This document shows positions 26,227-34,586 of a DNA stretch of 64,000 nt, piece after piece. A program made the position numbers and the translations under genes. Within the stretch, counting starts at the first letter, position 1. Each line of letters starts with the position of its first letter. Source of the DNA: Candidatus Magasanikiibacteriota bacterium. GTDB taxonomy: Bacteria > Patescibacteriota > Patescibacteriia > Magasanikbacterales > UBA922. The DNA is taken from the NCBI GenBank assembly GCA_003510435.1, contig DOMK01000013.1:12135-76134 (forward strand), in the 5' to 3' direction. The notes beneath the pieces were generated by a model. That model saw only the letters and a list, made by a program, of their open reading frames with translations, was not told the DNA's origin and searched no databases.

Positions 26227-27014
26227 GAAATAATCTCTCTTGCTAGTCTTTCATAAGCCTTAGCGCCTTTTCCATTGGGATCATAATGAAATATTGACTG
26301 ACCAAAACTTGGGGCTTCGGCCAGACGAACGGTACGAGGAATTACTGTACGAAAAATTGTATCAGGAAAATATTTATACAATTCATTCATAATATCCTCT
26401 GACAATTTGGTTCGTTTATCAAACATAGTAATCACGGCTCCCAAAATACCAAGCTCAGGCTTGATATGAGTTTGGATAAGATTGATTGTTTTTAATAACT
26501 GACCTAAACCCTCTAAAGCATAATATTCTGCCTGAACTGGAATAAGAAGTTCGTCAGCTGCCACCAAACTATTGATAGTCAACAAACCCAAAGACGGCGG
26601 ACAATCAATAATAATATAATCATAAGCATGCTTTAATTCTTCTAATAAATCAGCCAATTGAAATTCACGCCTCTCAACATCCACCAGTTCAATATTAGCC
26701 CCAGCTAGATTTTCTGTACTAGGAGCAATTCGCAAACCTTCATGGGCAGTATTTTTTATAATATCATGAATCCTTTTCTGTTTTGCTAGAGCCTCATAAA
26801 TACCATATTCCACATTATCTTTATTTAAACCCAAACCACTAGAAGCATTAGCTTGTGGATCCATGTCAACCAATAACACAAAATAGCCCAATTCTGATAA
26901 AACAGCGGCCAGATTCATGGCAGTAGTCGTCTTTCCTACTCCGCCTTTTTGATTAACAACAGAAATTACTTTTCCCATATCACATATTATAGCAAATATT
27001 GACAAAAAAACCAA
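26205..27014 (-). CDS. parA: chromosome partitioning ATPase ParA (Soj)
   Basis: Deviant Walker A KGGVGKTT. The tabulated ORF starts with TTG at 27014; ATG at 26978 (MGKVISVVNQKGG) is the more likely start. Confidence 0.85.
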   Translation of the reverse strand: MVFLSIFAIICDMGKVISVVNQKGGVGKTTTAMNLAAVLSELGYFVLLVDMDPQANASSGLGLNKDNVEYGIYEALAKQKRIHDIIKNTAHEGLRIAPSTENLAGANIELVDVERREFQLADLLEELKHAYDYIIIDCPPSLGLLTINSLVAADELLIPVQAEYYALEGLGQLLKTINLIQTHIKPELGILGAVITMFDKRTKLSEDIMNELYKYFPDTIFRTVIPRTVRLAEAPSFGQSIFHYDPNGKGAKAYERLAREIISLHSERQ

Positions 27015-27027
27015 GATAACTTATAAT
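26999..27027 (+). promoter_or_regulatory. consensus sigma70-type promoter TTGACA-N17-TATAAT reading toward tRNA-Leu
   Basis: ttgaca aaaaaaccaagataact tataat about 145 nt upstream of tRNA-Leu. A divergent TATAAT for parA lies at about 26986-26991 on the other strand. Confidence 0.55.
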
Positions 27028-27170
27028 GTATCCACAAAAGATATGCCCAGATGCCTGCCTGCCGACGAGGCAGGGCGGAACTGGTACCATGAACCACAAG
27101 GATTCATGACCATACACCCCACGTGGTGCATGGGACGCACAGTATTATTTACAAGAACACAACCAAATAT

Positions 27171-27257
27171 GCCCAGATGGCGGAACTGGTAGACGCACTG
27201 GACTCAAAATCCAGCGGTCGCAAGACCATGAGGGTTCGATTCCCTCTTTGGGCACCA
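27171..27257 (+). tRNA. tRNA-Leu (anticodon CAA), class II with a long variable arm
   Basis: 87 nt ending in an encoded CCA. Anticodon loop CTCAAAA, long extra arm CGGTCGCAAGACCAT, T-loop TTCGATT. The 3' end lies 7 nt before the next ATG. Confidence 0.8.
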
Positions 27258-27264
27258 CAATATT

Positions 27265-28233
27265 ATGCAACTATTTTTTGACCTACTAATTGCTATAATA
27301 ATTATTATAACTGCATTCCCTGCGGTTATTTTATTGTATTCTAGAAAAATTAGAAAGAATTGCTGGGAATATAAGCACAAAAAATCTTCACTAACTATCT
27401 CTATTATTCTACTATTTTTTACTGCTTTAACCGTTTATGGGAGTTTTGTAGAACCAAATTTTCTGATTGTAAATAAGTATAACATTGATTTGCCTAATAT
27501 AAATGAACCAATAAAAATTGTTCTAATCTCTGATCTACAAGCTGGAAAATATAAACAAACAAATTGGACAAAAAAAGTAGTAAATAAAATTTTAACTCTA
27601 ACGCCTGACTTGATATTTATTGGTGGCGATCAAATAGATAATGAAAATTATAATTTTATTGAATTAAGTTATTTGGAACCTTTTAAAAAATTAAGCAACC
27701 AGATCCCTACTTATGCTATTAACGGCAATCATGAATATGGTGTCTCGTGTTTTTATGGTATAAACGAAAAATGTTCTCAAACTGGTGATATGAGTGCAGA
27801 AACCAAAAATGTTTTTGAAAAATTAAACATCAAATATTTAATAAATCAAACTGAAAAAATTACTATAAACAGTTCATCATTTTATCTTTTTGGTGGAGAT
27901 GAATATTGGGCCAAAAAACTAGATTTTTCTAATCTAAAAAATAGAAAAGAAAACATTCCAACCATTGCTCTAATTCACAATCCCTCTTTTATTTTAGACA
28001 ATCATCCATTTTTTGATCTAGTCTTATCGGGCCATACTCATGGCGGACAAATTCGTTTGCCTTTTGTCGGTCCAATTGGGAGAGTAGATAATATTTTACC
28101 AAGTAAATATTATCAAGGAGTACAAGAACTAAGTGACAATACAAAATTATTAGTGACGAGTGGTGTAGGTGAAACTGGAGTACGAGCTAGATTATTCAAT
28201 CCGCCAGAAATTGTATTAATTACTATAAAATAA
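27265..28233 (+). CDS. membrane-anchored calcineurin-like metallophosphoesterase
   Basis: 322 aa. N-terminal TM helices, then GDQID...GNHEYG...GHTHGGQ metal-binding motifs. Confidence 0.75.
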   Translation: MQLFFDLLIAIIIIITAFPAVILLYSRKIRKNCWEYKHKKSSLTISIILLFFTALTVYGSFVEPNFLIVNKYNIDLPNINEPIKIVLISDLQAGKYKQTNWTKKVVNKILTLTPDLIFIGGDQIDNENYNFIELSYLEPFKKLSNQIPTYAINGNHEYGVSCFYGINEKCSQTGDMSAETKNVFEKLNIKYLINQTEKITINSSSFYLFGGDEYWAKKLDFSNLKNRKENIPTIALIHNPSFILDNHPFFDLVLSGHTHGGQIRLPFVGPIGRVDNILPSKYYQGVQELSDNTKLLVTSGVGETGVRARLFNPPEIVLITIK

Positions 28234-28258
28234 ATCCCGATCTTATCGGGATTTTTTA
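28234..28258. terminator. bidirectional terminator hairpin atcccgat-ctt-atcgggat plus T-run
   Basis: Perfect 8-bp stem between two convergent genes, followed by tttttt. Confidence 0.6.
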
Positions 28259-28292
28259 ATCAAATATTCTGGCCAAACTTTTTTCTTTATTA

Positions 28293-29228
28293 TCATATTT
28301 TTCCAAAATATTCTTTTACTAAAGGCAAAATTTCTTTGCGCATTAATATTCCTTCTCTTTTGGCCACACTATCAACAAAATCAATATTTAAAATGTCTCT
28401 AACTATTTTTTCCGTATCTTTATCAATCACCAAAAACTTATTAAAACCTTTTTCAATATCAATACAACTCAAAAAAATAAAATCATTTTTTTCATCAATC
28501 TTAATTTTTTGTAAAACATTTTTTAACTCTTGTAAATTATTAGCAAAAAATTTATCTACTTCTACCATTTCTAACTGGGCAATACTGATTTTCTTATTAT
28601 CAAAAACATAAAACGCCATATCCCCCAAAATAACTTGTTCCAGTGGTTTATCAAATTGAGATTTATTAATAAACATCTGGTGAACATAATCCTGTGGCAA
28701 TTTTATTTTATTCTTCAACCACTCGGCCATTTTAATATCTCTGTCTGTTGTCACTTTAGCTTGAAAATTTACAGTATTAGAAACAATCGCTGAATACAAC
28801 AATACCACACTTTCTTTACTAATATTAACCTGATTATTATAAAATTTTTCTGCAATCAAAGTGGCACACGAACCTACCAATTCTATTTGGGCTTTAGCCT
28901 GAGGAAATTTACCCACATCATGAGATTTTCTATGGTCTATAACTTCTATTACTTGGTCTGGTTTTATCAGACTAGACAGACCTTCCAATTCACTTGTATC
29001 TACTAAAATAATTTTTTGATCTTTTAATTTTTCTTCCAAATTAACAAATCCTTCTATAGAAAATTTATCCAAGACAAATTGGGCTTCTTTTTGTATAATT
29101 CCAGAAATTGCTGGATAAATTTTTTTGCCTTGACCATTCAAAAACTCAGCATAAGCAAACATGCAAGCTGTTCCATCCAAATCTTGATCCTCATAAGAAG
29201 TAATTAAAATTTCATCTGACATATTCAA
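28293..29228 (-). CDS. DHH-family phosphoesterase-like protein (possibly related to family II inorganic pyrophosphatase)
   Basis: 311 aa. N-terminal DxD (DQDLDG) and a DH-containing motif. The size matches DHH/DHHA2 proteins but not every motif was found. Confidence 0.45.
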   Translation of the reverse strand: MNMSDEILITSYEDQDLDGTACMFAYAEFLNGQGKKIYPAISGIIQKEAQFVLDKFSIEGFVNLEEKLKDQKIILVDTSELEGLSSLIKPDQVIEVIDHRKSHDVGKFPQAKAQIELVGSCATLIAEKFYNNQVNISKESVVLLYSAIVSNTVNFQAKVTTDRDIKMAEWLKNKIKLPQDYVHQMFINKSQFDKPLEQVILGDMAFYVFDNKKISIAQLEMVEVDKFFANNLQELKNVLQKIKIDEKNDFIFLSCIDIEKGFNKFLVIDKDTEKIVRDILNIDFVDSVAKREGILMRKEILPLVKEYFGKI

Positions 29229-29260
29229 TCAAAATTGATTAATGTTACATGATTCATGTT

Positions 29261-30277
29261 TTATGTATCGGGCCACTTATAATTAGCAAACACCCATTCA
29301 GCAATATCTCTCGCCTCAGTAAAACGCCCTTCATGAGTTTTTGCTCCCAATATTACCACATTTACAGTATGAACATTACCATCCCCTACTTGCATAGTAA
29401 AATTATAATCTGACAATGTAATATAACCAGTCTTACCACCACGAAAATCCACAAAAGTATGTGGCACCCAGCCCAAAAGTAACCAATCAGTATTCCAAAT
29501 ATGATGACTCTTGCCTCGTTCTTCGGAATACAAACTAATTTCTTTTGTTAATAATGTTTGTTTAATTTTATCTTGTTTCATGGCTTCATTTATTAAAATA
29601 GCTACATCCGAAGCTGAAGCTACATCTGTACTATCGAGGCCGGTTGGATCAGTAAAATAAGTCTCAGTCATACCTAATTCCAAAGCTTTCTGATTCATTC
29701 TCTCTACAAAAGCTTCCTCTGGCCAATCCAAAGCATTAGCGAGAGATAAAATAGCTTTATTTGAAGATCCAACTAAACCGGCTAGCCATAAATCTTCCAG
29801 AGTGTAAGTATCACCAGCATAAACATGCGTATCAAGTGAATCAGCCCCAACCACGACTGTGCTTGTTGTCCAATCAGGATTCTTTTCTAAAAGAATCAAA
29901 GCACTCATCAATTTTGTAATACTCGCAATTGGCCACTTATCATATTCATTTTTTCTATACATCACCATCCCAGTTTTGACATCTTTGACTATAATACTAT
30001 GAGCAGTAAAATCTTCGGCTGATTTCATTGTCCCGGTTAATTCTGGCAAACTTGGTTTAACTGGCCGAGGTGGTTCCACTATCACATCACCACCACCACC
30101 ACCAATTTTAATATTTTGCAAAGGTTGTAAAACCTTATTCAACATTTCTCTTTCTGATGAAAAACTATTGGTACGATAAATCACACTGCCAATTGCAACT
30201 AATATCAAAAAAACTGCCACCACTCCGCGCCAAGTATTTGATTTATCTTTAAAATTTTCAATTTCTAAAAAATTCAT
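29261..30277 (-). CDS. D-alanyl-D-alanine carboxypeptidase (serine-type, PBP5-like)
   Basis: 338 aa. N-terminal membrane anchor and SxxK (SITK), SxN (SSN) and KTG motifs. Confidence 0.75.
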   Translation of the reverse strand: MNFLEIENFKDKSNTWRGVVAVFLILVAIGSVIYRTNSFSSEREMLNKVLQPLQNIKIGGGGGDVIVEPPRPVKPSLPELTGTMKSAEDFTAHSIIVKDVKTGMVMYRKNEYDKWPIASITKLMSALILLEKNPDWTTSTVVVGADSLDTHVYAGDTYTLEDLWLAGLVGSSNKAILSLANALDWPEEAFVERMNQKALELGMTETYFTDPTGLDSTDVASASDVAILINEAMKQDKIKQTLLTKEISLYSEERGKSHHIWNTDWLLLGWVPHTFVDFRGGKTGYITLSDYNFTMQVGDGNVHTVNVVILGAKTHEGRFTEARDIAEWVFANYKWPDT

Positions 30278-30300
30278 AATAATTATTTTGCTTACCTTGC

Positions 30301-30837
30301 TTACTCTGCTGTTAAAGCTGTTTCAATAAATTCGTGCTTATGCAAATTTTCATAATCTGGCAATTCGGTTGCTGAATTAATTCCTAAATGACGCAAAGCT
30401 TCCAAAGAAATCCGATAAACTGGTAAAATTTTATTTTCATCTTCCCCCTCTTCAACCAAACCACGCATTAACAAATTTCGCACTATAACGGCACAATTAA
30501 CTCCTCTGATTTGTTCCAATTCTGGTCTTGTAATTGGCCCTCTATAAGCAACCACCGTCAAAGTCTCAAGCTGAGCCTTAGTCAATTCACCCGAGACTTC
30601 ATCTTTTATAAATAAATCAACCACAATACTATTTTCTCCAGCCGTCGCCATTTGATATTCGTCACCTTCATGTAAAATTCTAATACCAGAATTATCTTGA
30701 TTATATTTCATTTGCAAAGTTGACAAAGCTTCTGCCACTTCTATTTCATTTTTTTGTACGGCTTTGGCAATTTGTTTTGTCTTTAGTGGTTTAGAAGCCA
30801 CAAATAAAATTGATTCAATTTGTGAAAGTAAGTTCAT
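30301..30837 (-). CDS. scpB: segregation and condensation protein B
   Basis: 178 aa with tandem winged-helix ScpB signature (ILFVASKPL...). Lies adjacent to scpA. Confidence 0.8.
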   Translation of the reverse strand: MNLLSQIESILFVASKPLKTKQIAKAVQKNEIEVAEALSTLQMKYNQDNSGIRILHEGDEYQMATAGENSIVVDLFIKDEVSGELTKAQLETLTVVAYRGPITRPELEQIRGVNCAVIVRNLLMRGLVEEGEDENKILPVYRISLEALRHLGINSATELPDYENLHKHEFIETALTAE

Positions 30838-30847
30838 ATTGTTAATT

Positions 30848-30894
30848 CATTCCGACCCGCCGATGAGGCGAGGGAGGAATCTTTCCCACCTCGG
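30848..30894. repeat. GC-rich element cattccgacccgccgatgaggcgagggaggaatc in the scpA-scpB spacer
   Basis: About 40 bp, near-identical in reverse complement to 50705-50745 (cattccgaacccgccgatgaggtgaggtgaggaatc). Confidence 0.6.
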
Positions 30895-30912
30895 ATTATT
30901 TAATAAAAAAAA

Positions 30913-31608
30913 TTATACTTTATTTATCATGATATCACTAAAATTATCTCCCTGATTCAATACAACAGTTTTTTGTTTTACCAATTCCAATAAAGCCAAA
31001 AAAACCACGATCACCTCTGTCTTATTCTTACTATCATTTAATATTTGAGAAAAACTAGCTGACTGGCCTTTTTTTAATAAGTTTCTAATCTGATCAATCT
31101 TTTCTTTTATAGTTATAGACTTATCAATATGAGTTCTTGGCAACGGCTTGGGTGGAGTAAGACGATACAACAATTTATTAATAGACTCTTTTAGACTTTC
31201 AAAACTAAAATTACTTGGTGGTAAAAACCCACTAGGTTTTTTGGGTGGTTCCACTCTAAAAACTGACCTAATACTAGAATCAAGCCATGATTTATTTAAT
31301 TTTTTACTGGCTTCTACAAAAGCTTTATATAAACGAAGTTGCTCTTCCAAACTTGGACCTTCATCTTCTTCCACTCCAAATTGAGGCAACAAAAGACGAG
31401 ATTTCAAAAACAACAATTTAGTGGCTACTACCAAAAAATCCGCTAAATCTTCAGGTTTTTTCTCTTCAATTTTGTCCAAATGACGAAGATATTGCTCGGT
31501 CACTTGGGATAAAGCCAGCTCAGAAATATTCAATTTTTCATCATCAATCAAACCTAAAAGCAAGTCTAGCGGTCCTTCAAATTGTTCCAATTTAAAACTA
31601 GTATTCAT
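30913..31608 (-). CDS. scpA: segregation and condensation protein A (kleisin)
   Basis: 231 aa with the N-terminal FEGPLDLLL motif typical of ScpA. Confidence 0.8.
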   Translation of the reverse strand: MNTSFKLEQFEGPLDLLLGLIDDEKLNISELALSQVTEQYLRHLDKIEEKKPEDLADFLVVATKLLFLKSRLLLPQFGVEEDEGPSLEEQLRLYKAFVEASKKLNKSWLDSSIRSVFRVEPPKKPSGFLPPSNFSFESLKESINKLLYRLTPPKPLPRTHIDKSITIKEKIDQIRNLLKKGQSASFSQILNDSKNKTEVIVVFLALLELVKQKTVVLNQGDNFSDIMINKV

Positions 31609-33317
31609 AATTTTGGTTCCAAAATAACATAATCTTTATTTTCAAACTTTTTTACAAAATATTCTTCCGAAAACAGCTTTTTTGGGATATCAATCACGGC
31701 TTCCCTTATTTCATTGGGGAAATTATCTAAATTGAAAAACAAAGAATAATTTTCTCCATTTTTAAACAAAATTAATAAATTTACTTGACCAAATGGAGTG
31801 TCCACTATTTTACCATAAAAATCATTTTCTGTCTTTAGCAAAGATAAATCTTTTAAATAATAAAAACGTGAAGAAAAATTGGCTGCGGGGTGAGAATTGT
31901 GTTGGTTAAAATAAATAAAATCACTAAATGGTAAGAAGGCGTGCAACTCCGGTATGCCTGATTGTAAGATTGTTAACTTGTTAATATCTGAATAATTTTG
32001 TCCTAAAAAATCTATAATTTCTTTAGCTTCTCTACGCACCATAGCTGAACGTGTTTTAACTGCCAAAACATCTCTATTATCAACAAATACACCAAATATT
32101 AATTGTGTTGCTAATACTAAAATCCCAATTAAAGCCAAACTTTTTTGCCAAGCTAGATTAGGATACTTGTTTTTCAACCATATCCACAATTGGGCAATTC
32201 CATAAGCGGCAGATAAAGCCAAGATAGTATGATTAAAAAAATAAAAACCTTTTGATTCTTGTAAAGGTGAGGCAAAGAAAAATATTGTTACCAGACCCAT
32301 GATCTGCCAAATGTATGAAGCGACAAACAAACTTAGCAAAATTCGTATATAAAACCTTTGTCGATAAATAATCAAACTCACAAAACCAATTAAGCAGATT
32401 AAACCGACCAAATTAAATTGCAACAATGGGACTTCGGTACTTAACCAGTCTAAAGTAAGAAAGCCTAATTGCCAATTCTCTGTTCCAAACATGCTATAAC
32501 TTTTAGCCAAAGGTAACCAAAATGGTAAAGCAAATAATAATGTAAAAACACCAATAATTAACAAGCTACCGTAATCTTTTAATTTAACCCTATTACCAAA
32601 TAAATTAAATAAACTAATACCAATCGCTGCCAAAAAAAACCAAAAATAAAATAACATAAACAATATTCCACCCGTAATACCAAATACCAACCAACCTTTC
32701 CAATTCATTCCTTTTTTTAATTCATTTAACAAAAATATAGTCCACAAAATAACTAAGCTAGCACTGACTAATTCATATGGCTTAGTAATAGTGACGTCCC
32801 AACTAATCAAAACAAACAAAAATATTGTGCCCAAAAACCAAATCAGTGGTTCTAAACTATTTTCGCCTTCCATTTTTCTTTTTACCCAATACCATTTTTG
32901 TAATAAATAAAATATAGCTGGATAAACCAAAATTGTGCTAAAACTAGCTATTTTTGCTATTTGCACGCCATTCAAATTAATAACCCTGCCAAGCAAACCA
33001 AATAACCAAAACCATAAAGGTGGATAAAAAGGTGGTAAACTGGTATAAGCAAAATCTGATAAACAAGAACCATGAGCAAACATTTCGTACATAGCCGCGA
33101 TCGTAATCTCATCAGCTTTTAACCCCCACAACATTAGAGCTGTATCTTTGACTAAAAAATAATAAGCTAGCGCTGAAGTAACACTCATTAAAATTATAAA
33201 AAATAATGATTTCCATTTTTTGTATATTCCTATTATTCCAAAAATAACAAACACAAAAAAACATAGCTTTACCAAAACTATGTCTTGTAAATTGGCAATA
33301 GAAAAAATATAATCCAT
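31605..33317 (-). CDS. large polytopic membrane protein (function unknown, glycosyltransferase-like topology)
   Basis: 570 aa with about 12 or more TM helices. No motif recognised. Confidence 0.35.
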   Translation of the reverse strand: MDYIFSIANLQDIVLVKLCFFVFVIFGIIGIYKKWKSLFFIILMSVTSALAYYFLVKDTALMLWGLKADEITIAAMYEMFAHGSCLSDFAYTSLPPFYPPLWFWLFGLLGRVINLNGVQIAKIASFSTILVYPAIFYLLQKWYWVKRKMEGENSLEPLIWFLGTIFLFVLISWDVTITKPYELVSASLVILWTIFLLNELKKGMNWKGWLVFGITGGILFMLFYFWFFLAAIGISLFNLFGNRVKLKDYGSLLIIGVFTLLFALPFWLPLAKSYSMFGTENWQLGFLTLDWLSTEVPLLQFNLVGLICLIGFVSLIIYRQRFYIRILLSLFVASYIWQIMGLVTIFFFASPLQESKGFYFFNHTILALSAAYGIAQLWIWLKNKYPNLAWQKSLALIGILVLATQLIFGVFVDNRDVLAVKTRSAMVRREAKEIIDFLGQNYSDINKLTILQSGIPELHAFLPFSDFIYFNQHNSHPAANFSSRFYYLKDLSLLKTENDFYGKIVDTPFGQVNLLILFKNGENYSLFFNLDNFPNEIREAVIDIPKKLFSEEYFVKKFENKDYVILEPKL

Positions 33318-33320
33318 AAA

Positions 33321-34169
33321 TTATTCTTTATCCAAACCTAATTCTTCCCAATGATCTTTTAAAAATTCTACGGAAAAATCATCGGCCTCTTTTTCATTTT
33401 TAAACCCTTCCTGTTTTTGTTGATGATCCGAAAGCATAATATCCATTTTACTTTCATCACCAAAAACTCCATACTGATAAAGATTAGCTTTAAATAATTC
33501 CTCATTAAATTTCATCCCTTTACCATGCCCAGTGTCAGAAAAATAATTTAACTTTATCTTTCTAATCATGTCCTTTACTTTATCAACAGTATTATCTCCT
33601 TGACTCTTCTGCCAATATTGTTTAGCTGCTTGACCTAAGACACCTGGCACAGGCAAAGAATCATAGCGTCGTTGATAATCAAGTCTATTTTGTTTAAAAG
33701 CTTTTTCATACGACAAACCCTTGTACTTTTCTAAATATTTTTTTGCGTGTTCTAATTCATGCAAAAACATTACAATTTTTAAAATTTTAGGATTCAATTC
33801 AGTAAATTTATCACCCAATCTTTGTTTTAAAATATCAGATAATCTATTTACCTTTTCTATTCTTTCTTTTCTCATCCAATTCCACAAGTCATTTTCATCT
33901 TCCATTCTAGCACTAAGAGAAATCCTAGGCTGATAACCTCTTTTATCTTCCGGCCCAAAAATAACGGGGTGACTTTTTAAAGCTGTATCCACTTCAGGAT
34001 CACCAATATCAATAATTACATGTTCTAAAATTTCTGGATATTCATCAAAAAACAAACCTTCAATTTTTTTAAAATCAGGATCAGAAATCTCTCTCGTCTC
34101 ACCAAGACTTTGTTCTTTTTCTTTTTTTAAAAAAAATCTTGCTAATTTTTCTCTAGCTTCTCCAATCAT
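33321..34169 (-). CDS. hypothetical protein with an HExxH motif (possible zinc metallopeptidase)
   Basis: 282 aa. FLHELEHAKKY contains HELEH; nothing else was recognised. Confidence 0.3.
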   Translation of the reverse strand: MIGEAREKLARFFLKKEKEQSLGETREISDPDFKKIEGLFFDEYPEILEHVIIDIGDPEVDTALKSHPVIFGPEDKRGYQPRISLSARMEDENDLWNWMRKERIEKVNRLSDILKQRLGDKFTELNPKILKIVMFLHELEHAKKYLEKYKGLSYEKAFKQNRLDYQRRYDSLPVPGVLGQAAKQYWQKSQGDNTVDKVKDMIRKIKLNYFSDTGHGKGMKFNEELFKANLYQYGVFGDESKMDIMLSDHQQKQEGFKNEKEADDFSVEFLKDHWEELGLDKE

Positions 34170-34172
34170 ATA

Positions 34173-34508
34173 TTATTTTAATGGCAATTTTTCTTGCCGT
34201 TCATTTAATAAATCTTGACTAATTTTAACCCCTTTTTTTGTTAAGCTAACATGGGTAATAAACCATTTGTGTGGCGTCCGTCGACCAAAACCAGTCATAA
34301 ATTCTCTATCAATCAAATGTTCCAAACTTCTAGTAATAATACTTTCTTGATATTTTTCTTTGGCTGGTTCAATTGTCTTACCATAAAAACTCCGGAATAT
34401 TTTCCTGTCTATTTTCCCCCCGCCTGCGACGCTTGCACTAGCATTGCGGGCAGGTCCTTTGTCTAAACACATTAATAAAATATGTTTTTGCAGTAAACTC
34501 AATCTCAT
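34173..34508 (-). CDS. small hypothetical protein whose N-terminal region is encoded by the 36-bp GC-rich element
   Basis: 111 aa, basic. Residues PARNASASVAGG come from the same element found in the folC-like gene. M13 is an alternative start. Confidence 0.35.
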   Translation of the reverse strand: MRLSLLQKHILLMCLDKGPARNASASVAGGGKIDRKIFRSFYGKTIEPAKEKYQESIITRSLEHLIDREFMTGFGRRTPHKWFITHVSLTKKGVKISQDLLNERQEKLPLK

Positions 34509-34586
34509 AAATTTAGGAATTAGGAGTTAGGGCTAGATGCGAGAAAAAATTCCCGCATCTCATTCCTTATTCCCTACTCCCAATAT
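34509..34586. repeat. structured spacer element (taggaattaggagttaggg ... gatgcgagaaaaaattcccgcatc ... ccttattccctactccc)
   Basis: A related copy lies at 46051-46135 (ttaggatttaggaattag ... gatgcgggaat ... ccctaactcctaattcc). Confidence 0.55.
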
